Positions 37,789 through 46,099 of a DNA stretch of 59,783 bases are shown here, one piece after another (position 1 is the stretch's first letter; each line of letters starts with the position of its first letter). The notes beneath the pieces are model-generated. The model was not told the DNA's origin, searched no databases, and saw nothing but the letters and a program-made list of their open reading frames with translations. Location of the stretch: NCBI GenBank assembly GCA_964554545.1, contig CAZKPE010000003.1, forward strand, positions 1 to 59,783, given 5' to 3'. The position numbers and the translations under genes are program-made. The stretch comes from an uncultured Lewinella sp. (GTDB lineage: Bacteria > Bacteroidota > Bacteroidia > Chitinophagales > Saprospiraceae).

Positions 37789-39027
37789 ATGCCCGATACC
37801 GCCACCCCCACCAAGCAGTTCACCTCTAAGGAAGATTTTCACCAGCAGGCCCGCGCCGACCGCTACCAGTTTCACGACTACTACCTGGTCGACGATCTGC
37901 TGGAGGATCACCACCGCATGGCCCGACAGGCCGTCCGCGACTGGGTGAAGGCCGAGGTCAGTCCCATCATCGAGGACGCCGCCATGCGCGGAAAGTGTCC
38001 TACCCACCTCTTTAAAGGGCTGGCGGAGGTCGGTGCCTTCGGTCCCAGCCTGCCCGTCGAGTACGGCGGCGGCGGAATGGACGAGATCGCCTACGGGGTC
38101 ATCATGCAGGAGCTGGAGCGTTGCGACAGCGGTCTGCGCTCGATGGCCTCCGTGCAGGGCAGCCTGGTGATGTACCCGATCTTCAAGTACGCCAACGAGG
38201 AAACCAAGCGAAAGTACCTGCCGAAGCTCGGCAGCGGGGAGTACATCGGCTGTTTCGGGCTGACTGAACCCGACTCCGGCTCCGACCCCGGCAGTATGCG
38301 GACCAATATCGTCGAAGATGGCGACCACTACATCCTCAATGGCGCGAAGATGTGGATCACGAACAGCCCGATCGCCGATCTGGCCGTAGTCTGGGCTCGC
38401 GACGAGGAGGGCAAGGTGCGGGGAATGGTGGTGGATGCCGACAGCCCGGGCTTCAGCGCCCCGGAAATTCACGGGAAGTGGAGCCTCCGCGCCAGCATCA
38501 CCGGCGAGCTGGTCTTCGAGAACGTCCGGGTGCCGAAGCAAAACGTCTTTCCCGACATCCGCAGCCTGCGCGGCCCCCTGAGCTGCCTGAGCAAGGCCCG
38601 CTACGGCATCGCCTGGGGAGCCATCGGCGCGGCCCTGGATTGCTACGATTCGGCCCTGCGCTACAGCCTGGAACGGGAGCAGTTCGGCAAGCCCATCGCG
38701 AGCTTCCAGCTGCAGCAGAAGAAATTGGCTGAGATGATCACCGAGATCACGAAGGCCCAGCTACTGGCGTGGCGGCTCGGTACCCTGGCTAACCGCGGGG
38801 AGGCCACCCCGGCCCAGATCAGTATGGCCAAGCGCAATAACGTCCACATGGCCCTGGAGGTCGCCCGGGAGGCGCGGCAGGTGCACGGCGGCATGGGCAT
38901 CACCAGCGAGTACCCCATCATGCGCCACCTGATGAATCTGGAGACGGTGCTGACCTACGAGGGTACCCACGATGTCCACCTGCTGATCACGGGGCATGAC
39001 ATTACGGGGGTGAATGCCTTCGGCTAG
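37789..39027 (+). CDS. Acyl-CoA dehydrogenase, glutaryl-CoA dehydrogenase-like
   Basis: ELERCDSGLRS, CFGLTEPDSGSDP, WITNSP and TYEGTHDVH motifs. Confidence 0.9.
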   Translation: MPDTATPTKQFTSKEDFHQQARADRYQFHDYYLVDDLLEDHHRMARQAVRDWVKAEVSPIIEDAAMRGKCPTHLFKGLAEVGAFGPSLPVEYGGGGMDEIAYGVIMQELERCDSGLRSMASVQGSLVMYPIFKYANEETKRKYLPKLGSGEYIGCFGLTEPDSGSDPGSMRTNIVEDGDHYILNGAKMWITNSPIADLAVVWARDEEGKVRGMVVDADSPGFSAPEIHGKWSLRASITGELVFENVRVPKQNVFPDIRSLRGPLSCLSKARYGIAWGAIGAALDCYDSALRYSLEREQFGKPIASFQLQQKKLAEMITEITKAQLLAWRLGTLANRGEATPAQISMAKRNNVHMALEVAREARQVHGGMGITSEYPIMRHLMNLETVLTYEGTHDVHLLITGHDITGVNAFG

Positions 39028-39039
39028 TTAGCTTTCGGG

Positions 39040-40722
39040 GTGCGACTATTCGTTCTGCTTATCTGGGTCACTTTAGGTTGCTCGTCGGTCGCGGCGCAGT
39101 ATGCCCCGCCCCTGCGTGGTCCCCTACTCATTACGGGAACCTTCGGCGAACTGCGCAGCAACCACTTTCACGGAGGTCTCGACTTCCGCGGACCGGTCGG
39201 GACCCCGGTCTACGCCGTGAATGACGGCTACGTGAGCCGCATCGTGGTGAAAGGGGGAGGCTACGGACAAGCCATCTATCTGGATCACCCCGACGGGAAG
39301 CGGAGCGTATACGGCCACCTGGAGTCGCTGGCTCCGGAACTGAAGGATACGATTCGTGCCCTACAGTACACCCGCGAGCAATTTGCCCAGGACGTCAACT
39401 TCGACGAAACGGCCTTTCCGGTCAGCCGCGGACAGCAGATCGGCACGGTGGGCAACCGCGGGTTCAGCTTCGGCCCTCACCTGCACTTCGAGATACGGGA
39501 GGCGGCCGGCGACGTGCCCCTGAACCCCATGTCGCTGGGCTACCCGATCTCCGATACCCGGCCGCCGGTCTTACAGCAGCTCCGGGTATACGGTATCGAC
39601 CGGGGGGAAGAGCGCAGGGTGCGTACCTACCGGCTGGAAGACCTTCCCGATACGGTCTTCGTCGGCCTGCCCGAGGCCACCTTTGCCGTTAAGGCCTTCG
39701 ATCGGCAAAACGCCATGCCCAACAGGAATGGCATCTACGGGGCCAGCCTGGAAGTGGACGGGGAGACAGCATTCGCCTTCCGCTACGACCGCATCCCCTA
39801 CGACAAGACGGAATACCTCAACGCGCTAACGGACTATGCCGACTGGCGGCAAAACGCCTCCTGGTTCTACCGGCTATCCGCCTCCGTACCGGAAGCCATG
39901 TTCTGGCTTCCTGGGGTAGATTCGACCAGCAGTAGGGGGTACGTAAACGTGCAGCAGGGCCATTCCCGCCAAATCGCCATTCGCCTTACCGACCGGGCCG
40001 GAAACGAGACGGTCGCTAACTTCGTGCTGGCTTTCCGTAAAGTGGAGGAAGCGGGCCGAACACGGGCTCCCGCCCCCCGAACGACCCACTACTGGTTGCC
40101 CGCCGACCAGCCCAGCATCATTGACACCGGTGATCTCCGGCTGGAAATTCCGGCGGGTAGTCTGTACGGCCCAATCGACCTCAGCTACACTCGCCTGCCC
40201 GACACCTCCAGCGATCTACTGAGCGACAGCCACCTGATTGGCGACCCGATGGTCCCCCTTCACGGACGGGCGACGCTTTCGCTACGCCCGCGGGCCCCGA
40301 TACCCGACAGCCTGTGGGGGAAAGTTTACGTGGGGCGTTGCGGCGCAGACCGGCACCGCAGCGTAGGGGGGCAATGGGAGCCCGACGGCAGCATGCGTAC
40401 CCGCATCGGCAGCTTTGGGAATTATGCGCTGGTGCTGGACACCGTACCCCCTGGCGTGCGGATCGAGCGATTTCCTACGGACCTGCGGCGAAAAAGTGGC
40501 TTCAGTCTGCTGATCGGTGAGGAAAGTGGCGGGGAATTGCGCTTCCGGGGCACGGTGGACGGGCAGTGGGTGCTCATGGAGTACGACGCCAAGTCCGGGC
40601 GCCTCGCTCATCGCTTTTCCGACGGCCCCCTGCGTCCGAACGGCACCCGGCGGCAGTTTGAGCTGCGGGTAGTAGACGACCGGGGAAACGTGGCCTCATT
40701 CAGTCGCCGCTTCCTCTACTGA
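39040..40722 (+). CDS. M23 family metallopeptidase
   Basis: Signal peptide; FGELRSNHFHGGLD and PHLHFEIR motifs. Confidence 0.88.
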   Translation: MRLFVLLIWVTLGCSSVAAQYAPPLRGPLLITGTFGELRSNHFHGGLDFRGPVGTPVYAVNDGYVSRIVVKGGGYGQAIYLDHPDGKRSVYGHLESLAPELKDTIRALQYTREQFAQDVNFDETAFPVSRGQQIGTVGNRGFSFGPHLHFEIREAAGDVPLNPMSLGYPISDTRPPVLQQLRVYGIDRGEERRVRTYRLEDLPDTVFVGLPEATFAVKAFDRQNAMPNRNGIYGASLEVDGETAFAFRYDRIPYDKTEYLNALTDYADWRQNASWFYRLSASVPEAMFWLPGVDSTSSRGYVNVQQGHSRQIAIRLTDRAGNETVANFVLAFRKVEEAGRTRAPAPRTTHYWLPADQPSIIDTGDLRLEIPAGSLYGPIDLSYTRLPDTSSDLLSDSHLIGDPMVPLHGRATLSLRPRAPIPDSLWGKVYVGRCGADRHRSVGGQWEPDGSMRTRIGSFGNYALVLDTVPPGVRIERFPTDLRRKSGFSLLIGEESGGELRFRGTVDGQWVLMEYDAKSGRLAHRFSDGPLRPNGTRRQFELRVVDDRGNVASFSRRFLY

Positions 40723-41049
40723 GGGAGGCTCACTTCGGTTCAGCCGCTCGATGACCGAGCGGACTTCGGCCAGTTGCGGGGTGTTGAGCTCGTAGTAAAT
40801 GAATTTTCCCTCCCGCTGGGGGGTGACAAGGTGGGCCTTACGCAGGATGGACAGGTGCTGGGAGGTAACGGACTGCTCCAGCCGCAGGGCGATGAAGATC
40901 TTGGTCACGGTGAGCCGCCCCTCCCGTTCAAGTAGGGCGATCATCCGGCGGCGTAGCTTGTGGTCGATGGCCCGTAGGATTAGTACAGCCTGACGGAGGT
41001 GTTCCGGTGCAATCCCCAGATCGGGGTCGGCGGGTTCGTTCGTTGGCAT
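40696..41049 (-). CDS. ArsR/SmtB family transcriptional regulator
   Basis: LRAIDHKLR, QSVTSQHLSILR and REGKFIYY motifs. Confidence 0.9.
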   Translation of the reverse strand: MPTNEPADPDLGIAPEHLRQAVLILRAIDHKLRRRMIALLEREGRLTVTKIFIALRLEQSVTSQHLSILRKAHLVTPQREGKFIYYELNTPQLAEVRSVIERLNRSEPPSVEEAATE

Positions 41050-41094
41050 GGGTAGCTAGGTGGCGTTTCAGCAGGAAAAGGTACGAAGCCGGCC

Positions 41095-41189
41095 AAAAAA
41101 AAGCCTTTAACGCTAGGCTAAAGGCTACATAACAAACACTATGAACAACACAAGATCTTCTGGGCGGTGTCTTATTTATCTCGGTGGTA
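41095..41189 (-). ncRNA. Candidate ~95-nt small RNA
   Basis: TACCTTTG -7 box at 41201-41194; intrinsic terminator AGCCTTTA/TAAAGGCT (41126-41102) with a U8 tail; arsR has a separate -7-like box downstream. Confidence 0.6.
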
Positions 41190-41322
41190 AGTACAAAGGT
41201 ATAAAAGAAATGTTGACTAGCCGACTCTGTTTATGTACAAGAATCGGATTTTTCCCAAATAATAGATGGTCGAAATACCAGGGAACCTCCCATCCGTACA
41301 ATCGGCGTAGCTTGCAGCGATC

Positions 41323-42159
41323 ATGACGCCACAGCACTTTCTGCGGTACCTCCAACAGCCCGACTCACTGGCTGATCTCCCGATCGGGACGGTGCGCGAC
41401 TGGGTCGACCACTACCCCTATTCCGCTAACCTGCGGCTCCTGTTGTTACTGCGGGCCCGCCTGGATTCGGACCCCGGCTTCGAAACGTATCTGGCCGATT
41501 TCGCGGCGTCCACATTCGATCGTGCCCACCTCTTTCAGCTACTCGAGGAACTCCGCCTTCGCGAAGAAGAAAGCGGGGAAGTGCTGGAACTGATGCAGCT
41601 GGAAGAACTGGAACTGGCCGATCTGAAGGAAGAGCCCTTCGAAGAGCTTCCCTCCCGCCTGAACGAGGCTGCACCGGAACCCAAGCTGCCCACGTATGAC
41701 GCAGAGGAGGACGTCAAGACCTCAAAGCCGCCAGCGCACGGACCGACCGCGATCGAAACCACCATCCCACCGGCCACCGCCATTCGGGATTGGGTACGCA
41801 CGGCTACCTGCCTGCTTGCCGCCCTGCCCCGGACCGCCACGGATAGTCCCCCCGAGCCAGCCCCTTCGAGCCGTCCGCAGCCCCAGGATCCCGCCTATTT
41901 TGAGCGGCAAATTCGGCCCGATCCGGCCACCGAACTGCGTGCCCGGCTGTGGCATTTACGGCGGCGCCCCGAACCCGCCCCGCCCCCGCCGAGTACCTTC
42001 GACCGGGGGGAGATCGCCAGTGAAACCCTGGCCGAATTATTGGTCCGCCAGCAGCAGTATCCCCGCGCGATCCGGATGTACCGCCGGCTCGCCTTGCTTT
42101 ATCCGGAGAAAAAGGCGATCTTTGCCGGCCTGATTCAAGAATTGAAGGAAAAACTGTAG
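41323..42159 (+). CDS. Hypothetical protein upstream of secG (TPR-like C-terminus)
   Basis: YPYSANLRLL at the N-terminus; SETLAELLVRQQQYPRAIRMY..L.LLYPEK at the C-terminus. Confidence 0.75.
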   Translation: MTPQHFLRYLQQPDSLADLPIGTVRDWVDHYPYSANLRLLLLLRARLDSDPGFETYLADFAASTFDRAHLFQLLEELRLREEESGEVLELMQLEELELADLKEEPFEELPSRLNEAAPEPKLPTYDAEEDVKTSKPPAHGPTAIETTIPPATAIRDWVRTATCLLAALPRTATDSPPEPAPSSRPQPQDPAYFERQIRPDPATELRARLWHLRRRPEPAPPPPSTFDRGEIASETLAELLVRQQQYPRAIRMYRRLALLYPEKKAIFAGLIQELKEKL

Positions 42160-42163
42160 CCCC

Positions 42164-42427
42164 ATGGTCAATCTGCTCACTATCCTCACCGGCGTGGTCT
42201 GTCTGTTGCTGATGCTCGTCGTGCTGATCCAGAATCCGAAGGGAGGGGGCATCGATTCGACCTTCGGCGGCGGCCAGGCCAACCAGATGCTGGGTGCCTC
42301 CCGCTCTACGGACGTGATCGAGAAGGTAACCTGGGGACTGGCCATTGCCCTCTTCGCGCTGTGCATCTTTACCGCACTGGCGGTTTCCGCTGTCGGCAAC
42401 ACCGGCGCCCTCGACGCTAATTTCTAG
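42164..42427 (+). CDS. secG: Preprotein translocase subunit SecG
   Basis: VLIQNPKGGG...FGG, EKVTW and two TMs. Confidence 0.93.
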   Translation: MVNLLTILTGVVCLLLMLVVLIQNPKGGGIDSTFGGGQANQMLGASRSTDVIEKVTWGLAIALFALCIFTALAVSAVGNTGALDANF

Positions 42428-42462
42428 TTCCCCCCTGCATCCTGCGCGCCGCCGCCCAATCG

Positions 42463-44394
42463 CTAGGCGAGGGTGGTGTAAATGAAAGCGAGGATCAGGA
42501 TAATGGCGATCGCCGAGATATTGAAACCCATCCGCGTACGGAACAGCTCCGGCGAGAGATCGATGGCCTTGTAGTCGTCGGCCGACTTATCGGTGTAGAT
42601 CAGCGCGATCACGATCAGCGATAAAACGAGGAAGAGGATCGCCATGACCATCGGCACGCCGGGCACCGGCTGCAGTAGCAGGCGAATCCCGGTAGCCATA
42701 CCGATGACGATCACCGCCACGGTCAACCCGTTGCGTAGCCGCGTATCCTTGATCAGCTTGCCCGCCAGGTAGCGCTTCTCCTGGGGGCCGAGGCCGGCTA
42801 CCTCCGACTGAGCGGCCACCCGCTCCGCCTTCGACTTACCGGTCAGCATGCTGACGACGATCATCAGCCCGGCCGAAATCAGGAAGATGAAGGCCATGCG
42901 GTCCAGGAAGGGCAGGTCCGGCATCAGCTGCTGGAAACCCCAGGAGAGCGGAACCGAAGAAAGTACCACCACCAGCGCCGCCTCGGCCGTGCCCCGTCGG
43001 TAGAAGAAGCCGAAGACGAAAACTGTCAGTACGCCCGGACTGATGAAGCCGGTATACTCCTGAATGACCTGAAAGACCTGTCCGGCATCGGCCAGGGCCG
43101 GAGCCACCAGCGCGCCGATCAACAGGGCCGCGGCGGCCGCGATCTGTCCGATGCGTACCTGCCGCCCCTCCGGGGCACCGGGGTTGATGAATTTGTTGTA
43201 GATGTCCATCGTGAAGATGGTCGAAGTGGAGTTGACCATCGAGCTGATGGACGAACCGATGGCGGCCACGAGGGCGGCGAAGGTCAGCCCCCGGAAGCCT
43301 ACGCCCACGTAGTTGGCGAGCACCCAGGGAAAGGCCTGGTCGGCTTTGGTGATGGGCAGGTTGGCCGGGTCCTGTTCGCGCAGCAGGTACCAGGCGGCGA
43401 TGCCGGGCAGGACGGCGAAGAAGGGGATGAAAAGTTTCATGAAAGCCGCGAAGGCCACTCCCTTCTGGGCCTCGGCCAGGTCTTTGGCGGCGAGGGCCCG
43501 CTGGATGATGTACTGGTTGTTGCCCCAGTAGTAGCTGTTCACGATCCACATGCCGCCGAAGAGCAGCGCCATGCCGGGCAGGAGCTGGAAGGAAGATTTG
43601 ACCTCGGCCCCTTCCTCCAGTTCGGTGACCTCCCCGTCGGCCGCGTAGCCGGTGGAAAGCTCGTGGGAATGCGCCACGTCGAGGTAGGTATCACCAGGCT
43701 CGAAGAGCATCTCAAAGTGCTCGGGCAGGGCCTCGTAGAGCACCGCAATACCGTGCATCATGCTGCCGTCGCCCACCACGCTCAGGATGCCGTAGGCCGC
43801 TACCGTACCGCCGACCATCAGGACGACCACCTGCACGACGTCAGTCCAGACCACCGCCTTGAGCCCCCCGAAAATGGAAAAGGAGGCCGAGTACAACACC
43901 AGCCCCACGATGCCCCAGGCCAGCGGCACGTCCAGTAGGGTTTCAATGGCCAGAGCGCCCAGGTACAATACCGTGGCGATATTCACGAAAACGAAGAGCG
44001 CCAGCCAGAAGACCGACATGATGGTGCGTACCGTGCCGTTGTACCGCTCCTCCAGGAACTGCGGCATGGTGTAGATCTCCTGCTTCAGAAAAACGGGCAG
44101 GAAGAATTTGGCCACCAGGATGAGCGTGATGGCGGCCATCAGCTCGTAGGTGGCGATGGCCAGCCCCAGCTCGAAGCCCGACCCGTTCATCCCGATGATC
44201 TGCTCGGCCGAGATGTTGGAGGCAATCAGGGAGCCGCCGACCGCCCACCAGGGGAGGCTCCGGCTGGCCAGGAAGTAATCGCTGGCGGTGGTGTTCTTCT
44301 CCCGGTTGGCGATCCAGACCCCGAAGGCGATGACTCCGACGATGTAAATAGCGAATATGAGGCTATCGATGGTGCCCAGTTGCCCTAATTCCAT
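42463..44394 (-). CDS. Sodium:solute symporter (vSGLT-like sugar transporter)
   Basis: ATG at 44394; YFLASRSLPWW, ASNISAEQ, GGLKAVVWTD and NQYIIQRALAAK. Confidence 0.92.
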   Translation of the reverse strand: MELGQLGTIDSLIFAIYIVGVIAFGVWIANREKNTTASDYFLASRSLPWWAVGGSLIASNISAEQIIGMNGSGFELGLAIATYELMAAITLILVAKFFLPVFLKQEIYTMPQFLEERYNGTVRTIMSVFWLALFVFVNIATVLYLGALAIETLLDVPLAWGIVGLVLYSASFSIFGGLKAVVWTDVVQVVVLMVGGTVAAYGILSVVGDGSMMHGIAVLYEALPEHFEMLFEPGDTYLDVAHSHELSTGYAADGEVTELEEGAEVKSSFQLLPGMALLFGGMWIVNSYYWGNNQYIIQRALAAKDLAEAQKGVAFAAFMKLFIPFFAVLPGIAAWYLLREQDPANLPITKADQAFPWVLANYVGVGFRGLTFAALVAAIGSSISSMVNSTSTIFTMDIYNKFINPGAPEGRQVRIGQIAAAAALLIGALVAPALADAGQVFQVIQEYTGFISPGVLTVFVFGFFYRRGTAEAALVVVLSSVPLSWGFQQLMPDLPFLDRMAFIFLISAGLMIVVSMLTGKSKAERVAAQSEVAGLGPQEKRYLAGKLIKDTRLRNGLTVAVIVIGMATGIRLLLQPVPGVPMVMAILFLVLSLIVIALIYTDKSADDYKAIDLSPELFRTRMGFNISAIAIILILAFIYTTLA

Positions 44395-44436
44395 GATCTG
44401 ACGTTGAGGTAAGCGCGGCAATATACCCCCTTTACC

Positions 44437-45909
44437 CTACCAGGGTAGCCGGCCGGGGTCGAAATAGCGAAATTCCCGGAGGTGGAACACGTTTCTGCGT
44501 AGCTCACTCACGGCATGGCGGTAAGCCACCCTTGCCGTTTCCCCCTCCCCGCGGCTTTTACCCCGCAGCAAATTGATCAGGGCGGATGGGTAGGCACTCT
44601 TATACCCGATACGACCTAGGTACCGGGCCAGGTTATTGATTCCGTAGCCGACGAATTCGGTATGGCCGAGTCGAAGGTGGCACCACAGTTGTAGCAGGCG
44701 CGCGTACACGATCAGGTCGTAGCGCAGGGCGTGGCGTTCGTTGATGATTGGGTACAGGTAATCCAGGGCCAGTTGGGGTAGGTCGTTCATGAGCGCGATT
44801 GCCGCCACTTTATAGTGCAGGACCAGCTGCTTATGGCGATCGACCCCCTCGATCTGCTTTATTTCCTCATTGAGGGCATTCAATTGGGCGGGGGCGCAGG
44901 TGCAATCTTTATTCAGGATCAATTGATTCAGGCGGGCCCGCAGCAGGACGAGCTCGGCGAGCAAGCGACTGTTCCGGTGTTGTCGGGTGGTCGGTGAGGA
45001 TTCGACGAAGGCCCGCAATCGCCGGTGAACCTCCTCGTGTTCCCCCGGGTCATAACGAAAAAAGGAGAGGAGCAGCCGGCGGTCCATCCCCTTGATGTAA
45101 AGTGTCGTATCGAGTTCCCGGAGCCCTTTGCGGCCCTCGATGACTTCCGTCCATTGGCGGGCGTGGACGGCGGCCCGGTCGAGCTGCAGCTGATTGTAGT
45201 GGTACCAGAAACGGCAGCGCTCGTTCAGGATGCGCTCCTGGTAGGTGGCTCCCCGACCGGGTACGTCGTCGAAGTAGTGGTGGTACAGCTGATAGAAGCG
45301 GCGGGCTTCCCCCGGGTTGGCGACGTGCCCGTTTAGGATGAAATAGCGCTGCAGGATCAACTGTAGGTTCGACTGGCGAACCGTGCTGCCCATCACCTCC
45401 TGCCGGCGACGGCTTTCGCCGGTCAGCTCTTCCATGCGGGTGGAGCTGGAACGGGTGATGTGACGGCTCTCGATGACCTTCTCGAAGTCGATGATCAGGA
45501 GGTGGTGAAGATCGAGGTGGTGAGTGATGGCCAGGTCTTTGGCGCGGCCGAGGATCTTCAGGGCGTGCAGGTAGAGGCCGCGGTCGTAAAGGAGGTTGGC
45601 GTAGTCGATCTGTTCGCGTACCTGAACGCCGGGGTCGCGCCGACGGTGCTGAAGCCGCAGGGCATCCAGTATCCGACCGTAGAGGTGGCGTTGCAGATTG
45701 ACTAATTGGGTCGGTCCGGTCAGGCCCAGCAGGCGGGTCAGTCCGGGGTCGTCCAGGCCGCCCCCCGCTGAAAGATGACGGAAGAGGCGGTAGAATTTAT
45801 CCGTTTCCCCCGAGCCCGTCTGGTTCGTGTAGCGGGTGAAGAAGCGTTTTTCGGAGCTATCCAGGCTTTCGACGAGCTCGGTGAGCATTTCTTTTTTGGC
45901 AATGGCCAT
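44437..45909 (-). CDS. Uncharacterised ~490-aa helical protein divergent from susC
   Basis: Long ORF starting LTELVESLDSSEKRFF, with TPR-like LYDRGLYLHALKILGRAK; no signal peptide or TM. Confidence 0.8.
   Translation of the reverse strand: MAIAKKEMLTELVESLDSSEKRFFTRYTNQTGSGETDKFYRLFRHLSAGGGLDDPGLTRLLGLTGPTQLVNLQRHLYGRILDALRLQHRRRDPGVQVREQIDYANLLYDRGLYLHALKILGRAKDLAITHHLDLHHLLIIDFEKVIESRHITRSSSTRMEELTGESRRRQEVMGSTVRQSNLQLILQRYFILNGHVANPGEARRFYQLYHHYFDDVPGRGATYQERILNERCRFWYHYNQLQLDRAAVHARQWTEVIEGRKGLRELDTTLYIKGMDRRLLLSFFRYDPGEHEEVHRRLRAFVESSPTTRQHRNSRLLAELVLLRARLNQLILNKDCTCAPAQLNALNEEIKQIEGVDRHKQLVLHYKVAAIALMNDLPQLALDYLYPIINERHALRYDLIVYARLLQLWCHLRLGHTEFVGYGINNLARYLGRIGYKSAYPSALINLLRGKSRGEGETARVAYRHAVSELRRNVFHLREFRYFDPGRLPW
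44885..44905 (-). repeat. Dispersed motif copy TTGCACCTGCGCCCCCGCCCA (1 mismatch)
   Basis: Read in frame as CTCAPAQ inside a cytoplasmic protein. Confidence 0.75.
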
Positions 45910-46099
45910 CACAAAATCGCTTAGCGGAGTGAGGAATGAGGAGCTGGCTACGGGCTGAAATACCGGTGGTGGGGGAAAGCTAACAAAACGTTAAGCGATC
46001 ACAAAATACGGGCCTTTATGATTTCGCATGCTGCTCTCCATTAATTGACCTTAGGGCAATCGTTCCGAATACCCCTTTTCACTTTGCCATCCACTAGTT

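Noticed and set aside
41141-41326. 61-aa ORF with an ideal-looking start context
   Set aside because: It has no protein features and spans promoter DNA. The promoter and terminator polarity favour a minus-strand sRNA. Not fully excluded.
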